Source: Octopus sinensis (lineage: Eukaryota). From it: 42,506 nucleotides of DNA. Positions 11,574-23,446 of this stretch are shown here, in pieces. Under the pieces are notes generated by a model that saw only the letters and a list, made by a program, of their open reading frames with translations, did not search any database and was not told the DNA's origin. Position numbers and translations under genes: made by a program. The DNA lies in the NCBI RefSeq assembly GCF_006345805.1, contig NW_021835054.1, positions 1 through 42,506 on the forward strand, in the 5' to 3' direction. Numbering within the stretch: the stretch's first letter is position 1; the number at the start of each line of letters is the position of its first letter.

Positions 11574-12047
11574 TCATACACTCGCACATACAAACACATA
11601 CACGCATTTTTTTACATCTATCCTTTTCTTACATTACTCCCGAACAAATTAATCCTCTTCCCCAATCCTTGCCATTCTCTCTCTATCTCTGTGTGTCTGT
11701 CTGTCTGTCTACCTCTCTCTCTGTCTTTGTCTCTCTCCCTCTCTTCTTTCCTCTCTTTTTCAGCTCTCTCCCTTTCGTGTCTAATCTTCATGGACCATAA
11801 GTTTATACTTCTCAATCGAACCAACCATAAGACCATAGTGGAGACCGTCTATCAGTTGTCGTTTCTCTTGATGTTGGGAACAGAAAGTCTTGATATGGAA
11901 AATATTTCAGATGTGTCCGAACTGATAGGTATGTCGCACATAGTCCGTATCTTACGATACATTTCATAAACAGTTTTCAGCTTAGTCTACACGTATACAC
12001 TCTAATTTTTGAATTTTCATCGTTAAGTATCAATACAAAATTATTTA

Positions 12048-12447
12048 CGTAGGAGTGGCTGTGTGGTAAGAAGCGTGCTTACGAACCACATGTTTCCTGG
12101 TTCAATCCCACTGCGTGGCACCTTGGGCAGGTGTCTTCAACTATAGCCTCGGGCCGACCAAAGCCTTGTGAGTGGATTTGATAGACGGAAATTGAAAGAA
12201 GCCCGTCGTATATATGTATATATATATATATGTATGTGTGTGTCTGTGTTTGTCCCCACCAACATCGCTTGACAACCGATGCTGGTGTGTTTACGTCCCC
12301 GTAACTTAGCGGTTGGGCTAAAGAGTCCGATAGAATAAGTACTAGGCTTACAAAGAATAAGTCCTGGGATCGATTTGCTCGACTAAAGGTGGTGCTCCAG
12401 CATGGCCACAGTCAAATGACTGAAACAAGTAAAAGAGTAAAAGAGTA
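12048..12447 (+). mobile_element. SINE family A, full-length
   Basis: aggagtggctgtgtggtaag...ccttgggcaggtgtcttc...gactgaaacaagtaaaagagtaaaagag. Confidence 0.92.
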
Positions 12448-12834
12448 TTTGGTCTAAAGGGTGTTGCAGTAAATCGAGCGTAACTTTTCTCTGTTCTAGT
12501 CTGTTGATGTGTTTCTACGCCTTATTTAAACGTTCATGCTTATGAAACAAACACGATGTACCTAGGCAAAAGAAATACATTTTTGGTGTGTTTCACTGCT
12601 TCTGCTAGACCAGTTGTTATTAAAACCGTTCTCACTGCACTGTTGCTTTTTATTGGTGAAGGAAATGCACGAAAGAAATGCACGATTTGCTGCATCTGCT
12701 TGTGCGAGCTTCTTCTGGCGAGCTTCTTTGATTGGCATTTCATTGTTCTTCAAGCTGTGCATTTAGCTGTTAATGTCGTTATTATAGAATTAGATGTTGT
12801 GGTAATTAACAGACCAGAATTTCTCATCCACGAG

Positions 12835-13880
12835 TCGTTGTGCCTTTTTTCGGTGGCTACGCCGTCTACTTATCTACAAGTCGACCAGTATCGGGAATAA
12901 GAACAACTCTGGTGTTTCCGAAGGGTCCAGATCTCAGAATCCGAATCATATTATTGGAACAAGAAAGTAATTTTGTGACCCTGGATGTGAACAGTGGTAG
13001 CAATGAATGTGTCTTGAGGCTGGTAGCAATTTACGCTCCGATAGACGCAGAACAACCGAATCTGTCCGCGATGTGAAGAGCTATGAAACTATTCTGCACG
13101 TTCACGTCCAGTGCCCGAGTAATGCTTATATATTTCTTTACTACCCACTAGGGGTTAAACACAGAGGGGACAAACAAGGACAGACAAACGGATTAAGTCG
13201 ATTATATCGACCCCAGTGCGTAACTGGTACTTAATTTATCGACCCCGAAAGAAGGAAAGGCGAAGTCGACCTCGGCGGAATTTGAACTCAGAACATAACG
13301 GCAGACGAAATACGGCTACACATTTCGCCCGGTGTACTAACGTTTCTGCCAGCTCGCCGCCTTATAGTAATGCTTATAGACGGAGTTGTGCCGAATACCT
13401 ACTGTTGCATGTATGACGGAGCCGGCTATCAGCTGAATTAATTGTAAATATCGTTATGTGACCTTTTATCTTGGTGAAATAAGTTGTGTAGTGGATGAGA
13501 CTGAAAGGGCTAAAGACAGATACCTTCCAAGCCCACATCAAATTTTCAAGTCTGATTTGTAAAGGAAGGTAAAGGTACTACCTTCCAACAAATTTGTTGA
13601 AAGGTCGATGTGAGCGGCAAGAATGTCCGTTTGAAGGGCATGCCCTGAGCATGTCTCTGTTTACTGAAGAAAGATATGGAGTGGGTCCTTGTCTTAGTAA
13701 TAACGATGAGCGTAGTTTTGTCCAAGTCTTACCAATTTTAGCGAAATATTTCTTGTTTAAAATTTTTGTACCTTTGTTTCTGTTATTTTACTGATTAAAC
13801 GCATTTTTTGTAACCTCACATTGTATTCCATCATAGTGTACAAGTCTGAATCTTTTTGTAAATACTTAATAAAGAAAGTG
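12835..13880 (+). mobile_element. Internally deleted L1/Tx1-like LINE remnant (AP-endonuclease piece joined to C-terminal Cys/His knuckle and 3' end), interrupted by a SINE
   Basis: ORF 12840-13076 contains ..NFVTLDVNSG...LRLVAIYAP (APE motif). At about 13062 it continues directly into CPRC..SYETILH...QCP. 13380-13640 is homologous to 14430-14740. Confidence 0.7.
13131..13363 (-). mobile_element. SINE family B monomer with 13-bp TSD, nested in the Tx1-like remnant
   Basis: TSD agtaatgcttata at 13118-13130 and 13366-13378; body matches 6167-6398. Confidence 0.92.
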
Positions 13881-13887
13881 CAATAAC

Positions 13888-14335
13888 GAAGTGAGCTGGC
13901 AGAATTGTGGACAAAATGCTTAGCGATATTCCTATCGGCGCACTATCTTCTGAGTTCAAATCCCTCTAAGATCAATTTTACTTTTCGTTCGTTCGGGGTC
14001 GATAAAATAAAGTACTAGTCAAATATTTGAGTCGTGTGATATCAAATAACTAATAAGTACTAGTTGAACACTGGGGCCGATGTAATCGACTCAACCCTCT
14101 CTTCCCCAAAGATTATTACCGAAGGCGGCGAGCCGGCAGAATCCTAACCTCGCTGGTCAAAATGCTTAGCGGCTTCCGCCCGTCTTCACGTCCTGAGTTC
14201 AAATTCCGCCGTGGTCGATTTTGCTTTTCATCATTTCGGAGTTGATTAAATAAATACCAGTTCCGCACTGGAATCGATATAATCGACCAGTTCTTCCCAT
14301 TCAATTTCAGGTCTTGTGCTTTTACTAGAAAGGTT
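13888..14335 (+). mobile_element. Two tandem diverged SINE family B copies (about 13888-14112 and 14122-14335)
   Basis: Each has gagc(t/c)ggcagaat, gagttcaaat and the ggggtcgataaa..aagtac domain. Confidence 0.8.
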
Positions 14336-14394
14336 GTTTCAATGCTTTTGTTACTCTTAAGGTTGTTGACGTTATTTGTTGTTATTATTATTAT

Positions 14395-15030
14395 CGTCCA
14401 GTGCCCGAGTATTGCTGGCCGGTGGGTTTATGTCGAACAGCTACTGTCGCATATAGGACGGATCCGGCTATCAGCTGAATCCATAGTGAATATTGCCCCG
14501 CCGACCTCCTTTAACCGGGAGGGCAAGGCAATTTTCCTTTGTCTAGTGGCTGTAGCAAAAGAGGTGGTATGGTGGACCCGTTTGAAAAGGCTAAAGTCAG
14601 ACACTTTCCTCTTTGGTCAAGGCCTCATCAACATTTTCAAGTTCCAGTTGAAAAGGAAGATGAGAGTAGAGAGAGAAGTGCTGTCTCGTAGCAAATTTAT
14701 TGAAAGGTGGGTGAATGTCGGTAAAATGGCCAGTATGAACGGACCAATTCTGGGATTACACCTGTAAAAAAACAAAGATAATATAAAAGGAGAAGGGGCT
14801 CTCTACCCCTTTTTGACCAGGATCCCATGGTCTTTATGGGTTTTTCCACGAGTAACCTTTTGAAGTGCCTCCTCCTATTGGCAGTTCTTTCTAATTGTTA
14901 CATTTTTCGCTGTTTTTCTAATGTTTACACGGTCATTTCTTTTTCGCAAAAGCCTTTGTACTTTTCGTCCTGTGTTTGTCCTTACATGTTGATTTATGTT
15001 AGCCCTTGTGGCCAATAAAACAAGAATTTA
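14395..15030 (+). mobile_element. 5'-truncated L1/Tx1-like LINE 3' end (ORF2 C-terminus + 3'UTR)
   Basis: Open frame VQCPSIAGRWVYVEQLL...VAVAKEVVWWTR...KFIERWVNV...LHL* (stop 14765-14767), then a T-rich UTR, AATAAA and an (ATT)n tail. Confidence 0.75.
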
Positions 15031-15045
15031 TCATTATTATTATTA

Positions 15046-15970
15046 TTTTTTTTTTTTATAGCGTGCTTTCACTTCACTACCAAGCGCAGCTCTGTGTGCC
15101 TTGGGTATGTGCTGTGATTTGTTGTGATGCTCTGATGGTTAATGTATTGAAAGTGTTCTGCGTAGGATGTGTGCAGTGCCTAGTAGTGCAATTTTCTGTA
15201 TGTTATATGTGTTTGTATGTCCTAGTGTTTTTGTTATGTATTTATCTGAATATTTTTTATCATGCCTAATGCACCTACTATAATAGGAATTGTTTCTGTT
15301 TTTAGATTCCACATTCGAGTTACCTCTATTTCCAGGTCTTTGTATTTTGAGAGTTTCTCCATTTCTTTTAGAGACACGTTGTCATCTGCTAGTATTGATA
15401 CATCAATTAGAAAGCATTTTTTCCCTCATTATCTCTGACAACTATATCTGGTCTGTTGGCCTTAATTTCTCTATCGGTGTGTATTGGCATATCCTAGGGT
15501 ATGGTTGCTTTCTCGTTTTCTGTGACCTTTTCTGGTGTGTGCTTATACCATCTTTTTCTGTTGTTATTCCATAATGTTGGCATAGCTTCCAGTGTATGTA
15601 GGTCCCAACTCTGTCGTGTCTGTGAATATATTCCTTCTTAGCCAGGACTGGGCTGCCAGAGATAATATGATTTATTGTTTCGTATCCATCTCCACATATT
15701 CTGCAGTTACTTGTTATATTTCTTTTCATTACATGTTTTTGGTAATTTCTGGTGGGGAGGCTTTGGTCTTGTGCTGCAATTAAAAATCCTCTGTCTCTGC
15801 TTGAGTCCTGAGCTTCTCAACCATTGCTGGGATTTTTCTTTGTCTATTTCTTTTGCATTTAGTTTAGTCCAGTATTTACCATGAAGGGGCTTTTCTTGCC
15901 ATCGTTTTATCATGGTTCTTTGCTGTTCTAGTTTTAGTTTGGATTTCATTTGTTTTATAGCTTTTGTTGT
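15046..15970 (-). mobile_element. 5'-truncated R4/Dong-clade non-LTR retrotransposon (CCHC knuckle + restriction-like endonuclease), copy 2
   Basis: Minus frames read WQEKPLHGKYW...SQQWL; CRICGDGYETINHIISG(C)PVLAKKEYIHRHDRVG; RPDIVV...IDVS; LGTAHILRRTLS; stop 15139-15141. Frameshifted and flanked by (TAA)n and (GAA)n. Confidence 0.9.
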
Positions 15971-16145
15971 TCTTCTTCTTCTTCTTCTTCTTCTTCTTCT
16001 TCTTTTCTTCTCTTCTTCTTCTTCTTCTTCTTCTTCTTCTTCTTCTTCTTCTTCTTCTTTTCTTCTTCTTCTTCTTCTTCTTCTTATTATTATTATTATT
16101 ATTATTATTAATATTAGTATTCTTATTATTATATTATTATTATTT

Positions 16146-16241
16146 CAGTAGTTTTATTTTTATAGCGTGCTTTCACTTCACTACCGAGCGCAGCTCTGTG
16201 TGCCTTGGGTATGTGCTGTGATTATGTGATGCTCTGATGGT
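16146..16241 (-). mobile_element. 3'UTR-only copy of the same R4/Dong element (copy 3)
   Basis: tatagcgtgctttcacttcactaccgagcgcagctctgtgtgccttgggtatgtgctgtgatt matches 15057-15120; (TTA)n on both sides. Confidence 0.9.
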
Positions 16242-16314
16242 GTTATTATTATTATATTATTATTATTATTATTATTATATTATTATTATTATATTAGTAT
16301 TATTATCATTATTA

Positions 16315-16368
<54 letters not shown>

Positions 16369-17028
16369 GTATTTTTATCAAAATTTGAAATAATTAGTTA
16401 CTATTATTGTTTTGTTGTTGTCGTAATGGAGGTGATAATGGTATTGATGATAGCGGTGTAATTGTTGTTGCAGACGCGTTTTCCTTGGTATTGTTTTGGT
16501 TGTAGTCGCTATTGTTATTGACGACGGTGGCGAAACTCGTGACGGCGTTTTGTAATGGGAGTGGTACTGAGAGTTAAGCATAGGACGTAGAGAGCGATGT
16601 TTCTCGGTAAAAACCGATGTTAGTGTGTTAATGATGTGATGTCGGGCGGAGCAGTAGAATATGTAGAAAAAGGTAAACATATACGTTGATTGTGTAAACA
16701 CTTAGATAACAAGAGATGAATTGTGATAAGATAAAGAGATAAAGAATGATAAATAGATGTACAGATAAGTAGCTAGGTTGGTTGGGAGACAGATAGGGAG
16801 ATAGATAGGTAGGCCGATTTGTTGGTAGGTATGTAGGAAGATAGGTAGGATGTAGGTAGATAAGGTGGTGGATTCGTGGGGGATGGATGGAGTGATAATT
16901 GAAGTGAGGGAGTAGTCCGTGTACGCACTGGTGTATAAAGAGAAAATATCTATTTGTTGAGCTTCTCTCACTGTATGTATGTGTGTGTGAAAGTATTTAC
17001 GTATGTGTTTATGTAAGTCTATATAGCT

Positions 17029-17030
<2 letters not shown>

Positions 17031-17090
<60 letters not shown>

Positions 17091-17129
17091 CTATCTATCT
17101 ATCTATCTATCTATCTATTCATCTATCTG

Positions 17130-17199
<70 letters not shown>

Positions 17200-17218
17200 C
17201 ATCCATCCATCTATCTAT
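17031..17218. repeat. (TATC)n microsatellite
   Basis: Directly visible. Confidence 0.97.
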
Positions 17219-17693
17219 CATGAAGAATCGACATCATTTCAACTTATAGGTAAGGTATAAAACAGAAACGAAATAAATAAACATGAACGAATGATTGCTT
17301 TTTTACCTTATATTTCGATATTTCAGTTTTCCAAAAAGAAAAAAGAAAATGCAAAACAAAAAAAAAAAATACTTGCTAATCAGATGATTGGTAGTGTTTC
17401 GTTAACTAATTAGCGATGTGAAAGAATTACTCGACGCACGCTAATTGGCTAAATTAACACTTCCAGGTTGCAATCGACGTCTCTCATAACCTGATTCGCA
17501 TATCAGCTCATGTCAACTGTATTCTATTCCTGTTTATATTCATAATGAGGCTAACCCTGGAGTCGATGTGTCAGGTGACTGTTTCATGTGCATTGTTACG
17601 GCATTTATATATGTATGCGTGTATGTGTGTTGGTGTGTGTGTGTTCGTATGTGTGCGAGAGCATGCTTGTATACATATATATATGTATGTGTG

Positions 17694-17775
<82 letters not shown>

Positions 17776-17829
17776 ATATGTATGTATGTATGGAATTTCA
17801 ACCATGTTCCGTAGTCTGCTACCACAGCA

Positions 17830-18606
17830 GCTCCTTTATAGGATCCAGTTAGCTCAAGACATCACCAGGAGGAACCACGTCCGGTTTCGGCCCCTAGTAC
17901 TCAAGGGTATTAAAGACGAGCAGCTAGAAGAAAACCTCCCCTTCAATCAATTAATGTCATGAAAAGAAAGAAATTGTCTAAGGAGATGTCAGGAAAATCC
18001 AGTTCATTTTGGGATAGAGTGATTTTCTCAGATGAATCCAGATTTGCATTATTTTCAGACAGTGGACGTGTTTGGGTCTGGAGGCTTCCCAATTAAGAAT
18101 TTGATTTGAAACGACTCCAACCAACTGTGAAACATGGTAGTATCCATGTAATGGTAGGGGGAGCTGTCATCAGCAATGGTCGTTCTGAGCTGATCGAATG
18201 TGTTGGAACCATAAACTCTGAAAAATACTTCGAAATACTTAAGCAAGGACTACTTCCAATGTATTCATACGATAACATAACAAAAAATGTGTTTTTATTC
18301 ATGGAAGATGGGTTCCATGCCACAGACCGAAAAGGAATCAACAATGGCTGACTGAAAATGGGATTAAAAAGCTTCCTTGGCCGAGCTAATCTCTTGACGT
18401 GAACCCACTTAAAAATCTTTGGAGCAATACTAGATAGAGCTATACGAAAATCTCGACAGAGACCTAAATCTAAAGATTAATTGTTTCGATTGTTGCGCGA
18501 AAATTGGTCAGAAATTCCACAAGAGACACTCGCAGAGCTCATCAGTTCAATGACAAAAAGAGTTTCTGAATTAAAAACTGCAAAGGGAATGTCAAGTAAA
18601 TACTAA
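17830..18606 (+). pseudogene. Decayed Tc1-family transposase (second family), no TIRs recognised
   Basis: FWDRVIFSDESRF...PTVKHGS..VMVGG...FMEDG-PCHR...LPWPS*SLDVNPLKNLW...KGMSSKY*. Contains stops and frameshifts; the catalytic E reads K; spacing is consistent with DD34E. Confidence 0.88.
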
Positions 18607-18963
18607 ACTATGTAGTCCTACCTATCGATTACATTTCAATTGTTCGCTTTGCGTATTAAATAAAAGATTTTGGAAATGAAAGGTGTCTATTTACTTCCTG
18701 CATGTCTGTGTATGCTTTAGAATAAAGTATCAGGGGAGTGTAGAGCATAGTATTATTCGGGGAGGACAAGGGCACGAATATTACATAATCCACGTCGTCT
18801 ATTTAAATGTTTTTCGAAATAAACATACGCCTTCTTTTAAGGGCTCCGACGAAGCTATCAGATGTTGCACGAGCACTCGGCTCGGAATCCACTGGATCTT
18901 ACAACAAAAACAGCTTTAAGGTAACAGAGTAGATGACCTGATTTCTGTTTCCTTGACATCCAA

Positions 18964-19008
<45 letters not shown>

Positions 19009-19162
19009 TCTTGTACTTAAGTTGAAGACATCAGAATTTAGTATGGTATTATCCGTATAATTTAAAATAAGGTGATTATAATCAAGATAAGCAACAAAGA
19101 AACAAGGAAACGCATGAAACGATCGTACTGCATTACCTCTGGATATCCTTATTGCTTATTTT

Positions 19163-19171
<9 letters not shown>

Positions 19172-19201
<30 letters not shown>

Positions 19202-19530
19202 TGTATGTATGTATGTATGTAGGTATGTATGTATGTATGTATGTATGTGTTGTGTGTGTATGTATGTGTGTATGTATGTATGTATGTATGTATGTATGTG
19301 TGTTGTGTATGTATGTATGTATGTATGTATGTGTGTGTGTATGTGTGTATGTATGTATGTATGTATGTATGTATGTATGTGTGTGTGTGTGTGTGTGTAT
19401 GTATGTAGGATGTATGTATGTATGATGTGTGTGTGTATGTATGTACGTATATGTATGAGTGTGTATGTATGTATGTATGTATGTATGTATGTATGTATGT
19501 ATGTATGTATGTATGTATGTATGTATATAT
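19172..19530. repeat. (TATG)n/(TG)n microsatellite
   Basis: Directly visible. Confidence 0.97.
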
Positions 19531-20334
19531 GTATACATTGGCGACCAGCTCAGCATTGCATGAATCTCAGATGTAACTACTGCAAGTAAAAATAGCCCAA
19601 GCCATGAATGTAATTTGAAATATTTTCTTCGCGAAAACCGTTTTTCTTCGTCAGTTTCTCCAGTTGCTGGATAATGTCCATGTTCCTGGGAGACCGGAGT
19701 TGTGGACAGTAGTGTAAGCTTCTACTTAAGATAAGCGATTTCCTGAGAATCTGTGTTTATTTACCACTAAACAACGACATCGAACATCTGCTATTGCACT
19801 TTGTCTCTATGCACTGTCTCCCACGCACACAGGAAAGCAATACAAAATACTTAAATACTATAAGCACAACAGCAGGAGCAGAATTAACAACGTCATTATT
19901 GTAAGATAGCGCTTGTGTTAGTCAAAGAACATGTCTGTTGTTGTTACTGTATTGTAGCTGCCGTCGTTATTGTTGCTGTTGTTGTGTCTGTGAGTGTATA
20001 AGATGGTGAGGAGGTGTACAGTTATTACGATATCTATGGTTTTATTTCCGCTTCGGTGTGTACAATAGCGCGTCTGTATGCATTTTCATTTTTGCATTTT
20101 TTCTTTTCATACGTGCATCTCCGTGAGCATATATACTTCTGAGAGTATCTATCTGTACGTGCTGTGTGTATCAAAATGTTGTGCTGGTATTATATATACA
20201 TATATACGTACATACGTATACACACACACACAACACACACAATATATATATATATATATATATAGATATATTATATATGCGTGTATATATATATATACAT
20301 ATAGATAGATATACACGCAACACGCATACACGCA

Positions 20335-20388
<54 letters not shown>

Positions 20389-20497
20389 ATACACGTATAT
20401 GTATAGTTATGTATGTTTATCTCTTATGATAATACAGTATATAATATGTATGTATCTATATTTCAATCTATCTATTCTATGTCCTATCTCCTCTCTT

Positions 20498-20532
<35 letters not shown>

Positions 20533-21329
20533 ATATATATATATATATATTATATATATATCTATATATATACATGCATACATACATTGAAAGAAATATA
20601 GATATTTATATATATTGTATTATAAATATATACTACATATATATATATATATTTATATTTATATATATATATATCCATATATGTATATATGCATAAATAC
20701 ATATATGTATGTATACATGCGTATATATGTGTATATATATATATATGTGTGTGTGTTGTGTGTGTGTACTGTATGCACATACATACACACACACACACAG
20801 TGTATCTGTGTGTATATATACGTGTAATCATGCATGTTTACGTGTGTATGTGAATACTCAGAGGAAGTAAATGTGTTCCTGTTCCTTTTTTATGTGCATT
20901 GTTTTCAAAGATCTTTTTCAATCTTGCCCGATTTCCCTGAGGTTTTAAACGGATAGAGACGGGGTGGATGCTTTTTAATAGCGCACCACAGTCATCTCAG
21001 TATTACCCTGGGGGCGATAACGTGCTGGCAGTTAGTTCATTAGCCGTTGGACGGGTAAATACAATGAAAACGTTGGAGCGGTGGTCGGGTTTGGTAGAGT
21101 GGTGCTTTCATGCTTTCAATTGCAAGGTAGATAGAAAAAATCTACCCGACTGGTGTCTTTTGCCGACCCCATGTGTGCTGGGCCTCAATTTTTCGGGTGG
21201 TTACATCTACAAAGCATTTGCTAAAAGAGTTACATTTGTGTTCTTTTTTTCTTCAATTTGTGTGTGCTAAACGTATTACTCTGACTTTGCTTAACCTATT
21301 AATGTTATTATTGTTGCTGTGATTCTTTT

Positions 21330-21548
21330 ATAATAGTAATGATAATAATAATAATAATAATAATAATAATATAATAATAATAATAATAATAGTATAGATA
21401 ATAATAATAATAATAATAATAATAATAGTAATAATAATAATAATAATGATAATAATCATAATAATAATAATAATAATGATAATAATAATAATAATTATCA
21501 TTATTATTATTATCATCATCATCATCATCATCATCATTATTATTATTA

Positions 21549-21606
<58 letters not shown>
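21330..21606. repeat. Adjoining (AAT)n and (ATT)n arrays forming a quasi-palindrome
   Basis: The strand of the triplet switches at about 21496. Confidence 0.92.
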
Positions 21607-21609
<3 letters not shown>

Positions 21610-21611
21610 CA

Positions 21612-21690
21612 ATAGATGCTGGTCTGTTTACGTCCCCGTAACTTAGCGGTTCGGCAAAATTGACCGATGGAATAAGTATTAGGATTACAA
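21612..21690 (+). mobile_element. SINE family A fragment
   Basis: gatgctggtctgtttacgtccccgtaacttagcggttcggcaaaa matches the family. Confidence 0.8.
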
Positions 21691-22254
21691 AATGCAAAAA
21701 TCAAAGAAATATATACTTTTCCCAACAAGACATATTATGCAAAGGGAGAAAAACATATCACAACATAATGTATTCAAAAATCAAAGAAAATGAGTATTTG
21801 TTGTAATTGTGAGTCTCTTTAAAAAAATTTGAAGAAGCAGGAATGCGATTTCATGGAGTCTTTAACAATAAATACATGTACCTATGCAAAAATAAGAGAA
21901 CACATAGAAAATACATGGACATCATAGGAAGCTTAAAGCATAAATAATGGATTAAGACACATGATTGTGGTAACAATGATCATGAGATAAAACCAAAACA
22001 GTTATGACAATTTGATTGCTCGAATCTGAATGCTCGAAAAGACACTTCCGCGCATTCCGACTAATTTGAATGCTCTCGACGGGGCATTTTAATTTGGATG
22101 GTGTAAATGCTAAATTCTTTGATCGAAGTGGGAAATTAACTGATCGACAAACGAATTTGAATGACTAAACTCATGACACTAATTTTTTTTCACAATTTTG
22201 AATGACCCGATTATCAAATTGAATGACAAACGCACGAAAATGATAGCAAAAATC

Positions 22255-22300
<46 letters not shown>

Positions 22301-22316
22301 GTAATAATAATAATAA

Positions 22317-23446
22317 TTACTATAAAATAGCCACCATAGGACTGCAAAAATATCTACTTCAGAAGGAAGGAAAACCCATACAAATAGCGGCAAAACACGA
22401 GCAAAACAAAAAACTGTTCTCAGTATTAAAGAAAGCTGACAAATACAAACTAGAAATTCATACACCTAATAAATATGAAGAAGAAAATGAAGAATGAAGA
22501 AAGAAACAACAAAAGCTATAAAAAAAAAAATCCAAACTAAGAACAGAACAGCAACGAACCATGATTAAAACGATGGCAAGAAAAGCCCCCATGGTAAAAA
22601 TACTGGACTAAACTAAACGCAAAAGAAATAGACAAAGAAAAATCCCAGCAATGGTTGAGAAGCTCAGGACTCAAAGCAGAGACCAGAGGGATTTTTAATT
22701 GCAGCACAAGACCAAAGCCTACCCACCAGAAATTACCAAAAACATGTAATGAAAAGAAATATAACAAGTAACTGCAGAATATGTGAGATGGACAAGAAAC
22801 AAATAAAATCATATTATCTCTGGCTGCCCAATCCTAGCTAAGAAGGAATATATTCACAGACATGACAAAGTTGGAAACCTACTACAATGGAAGCTATGCC
22901 CAACATTATGGAAATAACAACAGAAAAAAGATGGTATAGGCACACACCAGAAAAGGTCACAGAAAACGAGAAGGCAACCATACTCTGGGATATGCCGATA
23001 CACACAGATAGAGAAATTAAGGCCAACAGACCAGATATAGTTGTCAGAGAATCATGAAGAAAAAATGCTTTCTAATTGATGTATCAATACCGGCAGATGA
23101 CAACGTGTCTCTAAAAGAAATGGAGAAACTTTCAAAATACAAAGACCTGAAATAGAGGTAACTAGAATGTGGAATCTAAAAAAACAGAAACAATTCCTAT
23201 TATAGTAGGTGCATTAGGCATGATAAAAAAAATATTCAGACAGATACATAACAAAAACACCAGGACTTACAAACACATATAACATACAGAAAATTGCACT
23301 GCTAGGCACTACACCACAATCCTACGCAGAACACTTTCCATACAATAACCATCAGAGCATCACAACAAATCACAGCACATACTAAGGCACACAGAGAGCT
23401 GCTCTCGGTAGTGAAGTGAAAGCACGCTATGAAAATAAAAATACTG
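22317..23446 (+). mobile_element. 5'-truncated R4/Dong-clade non-LTR retrotransposon, copy 1
   Basis: Highly similar to the reverse complement of 15046-15970: LIAAQDQSLPTRNY, CRIC..HIISGCP..RHD, ILWDMPIHTDREIKANRPDIVV, KLSKYKDL, stop 23346-23348, 3'UTR ..gtgaagtgaaagcacgcta. (AAT)n on both sides. Confidence 0.92.

Noticed and set aside
11870-12830. Possible transposase fragments (SDVSELIGMSHIVRILRYI; KEARQKKLAQ)
   Set aside because: Motif resemblance is too weak and short to support without a profile search.
18843-18902. Hammerhead-like CCGACGA-agc...gct-c-GGAA-tcca-c-tgga-TC
   Set aside because: Two core mismatches and no stem I pairing.
19078-19168. 17-bp inverted repeat enclosing GAAA-CGATCG-TA (half hammerhead)
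   Set aside because: No CUGANGA core upstream; too short to classify.
20968-21270. 100-aa ORF in non-repetitive sequence
   Set aside because: No recognisable domain or splice support; the length is within chance expectation.
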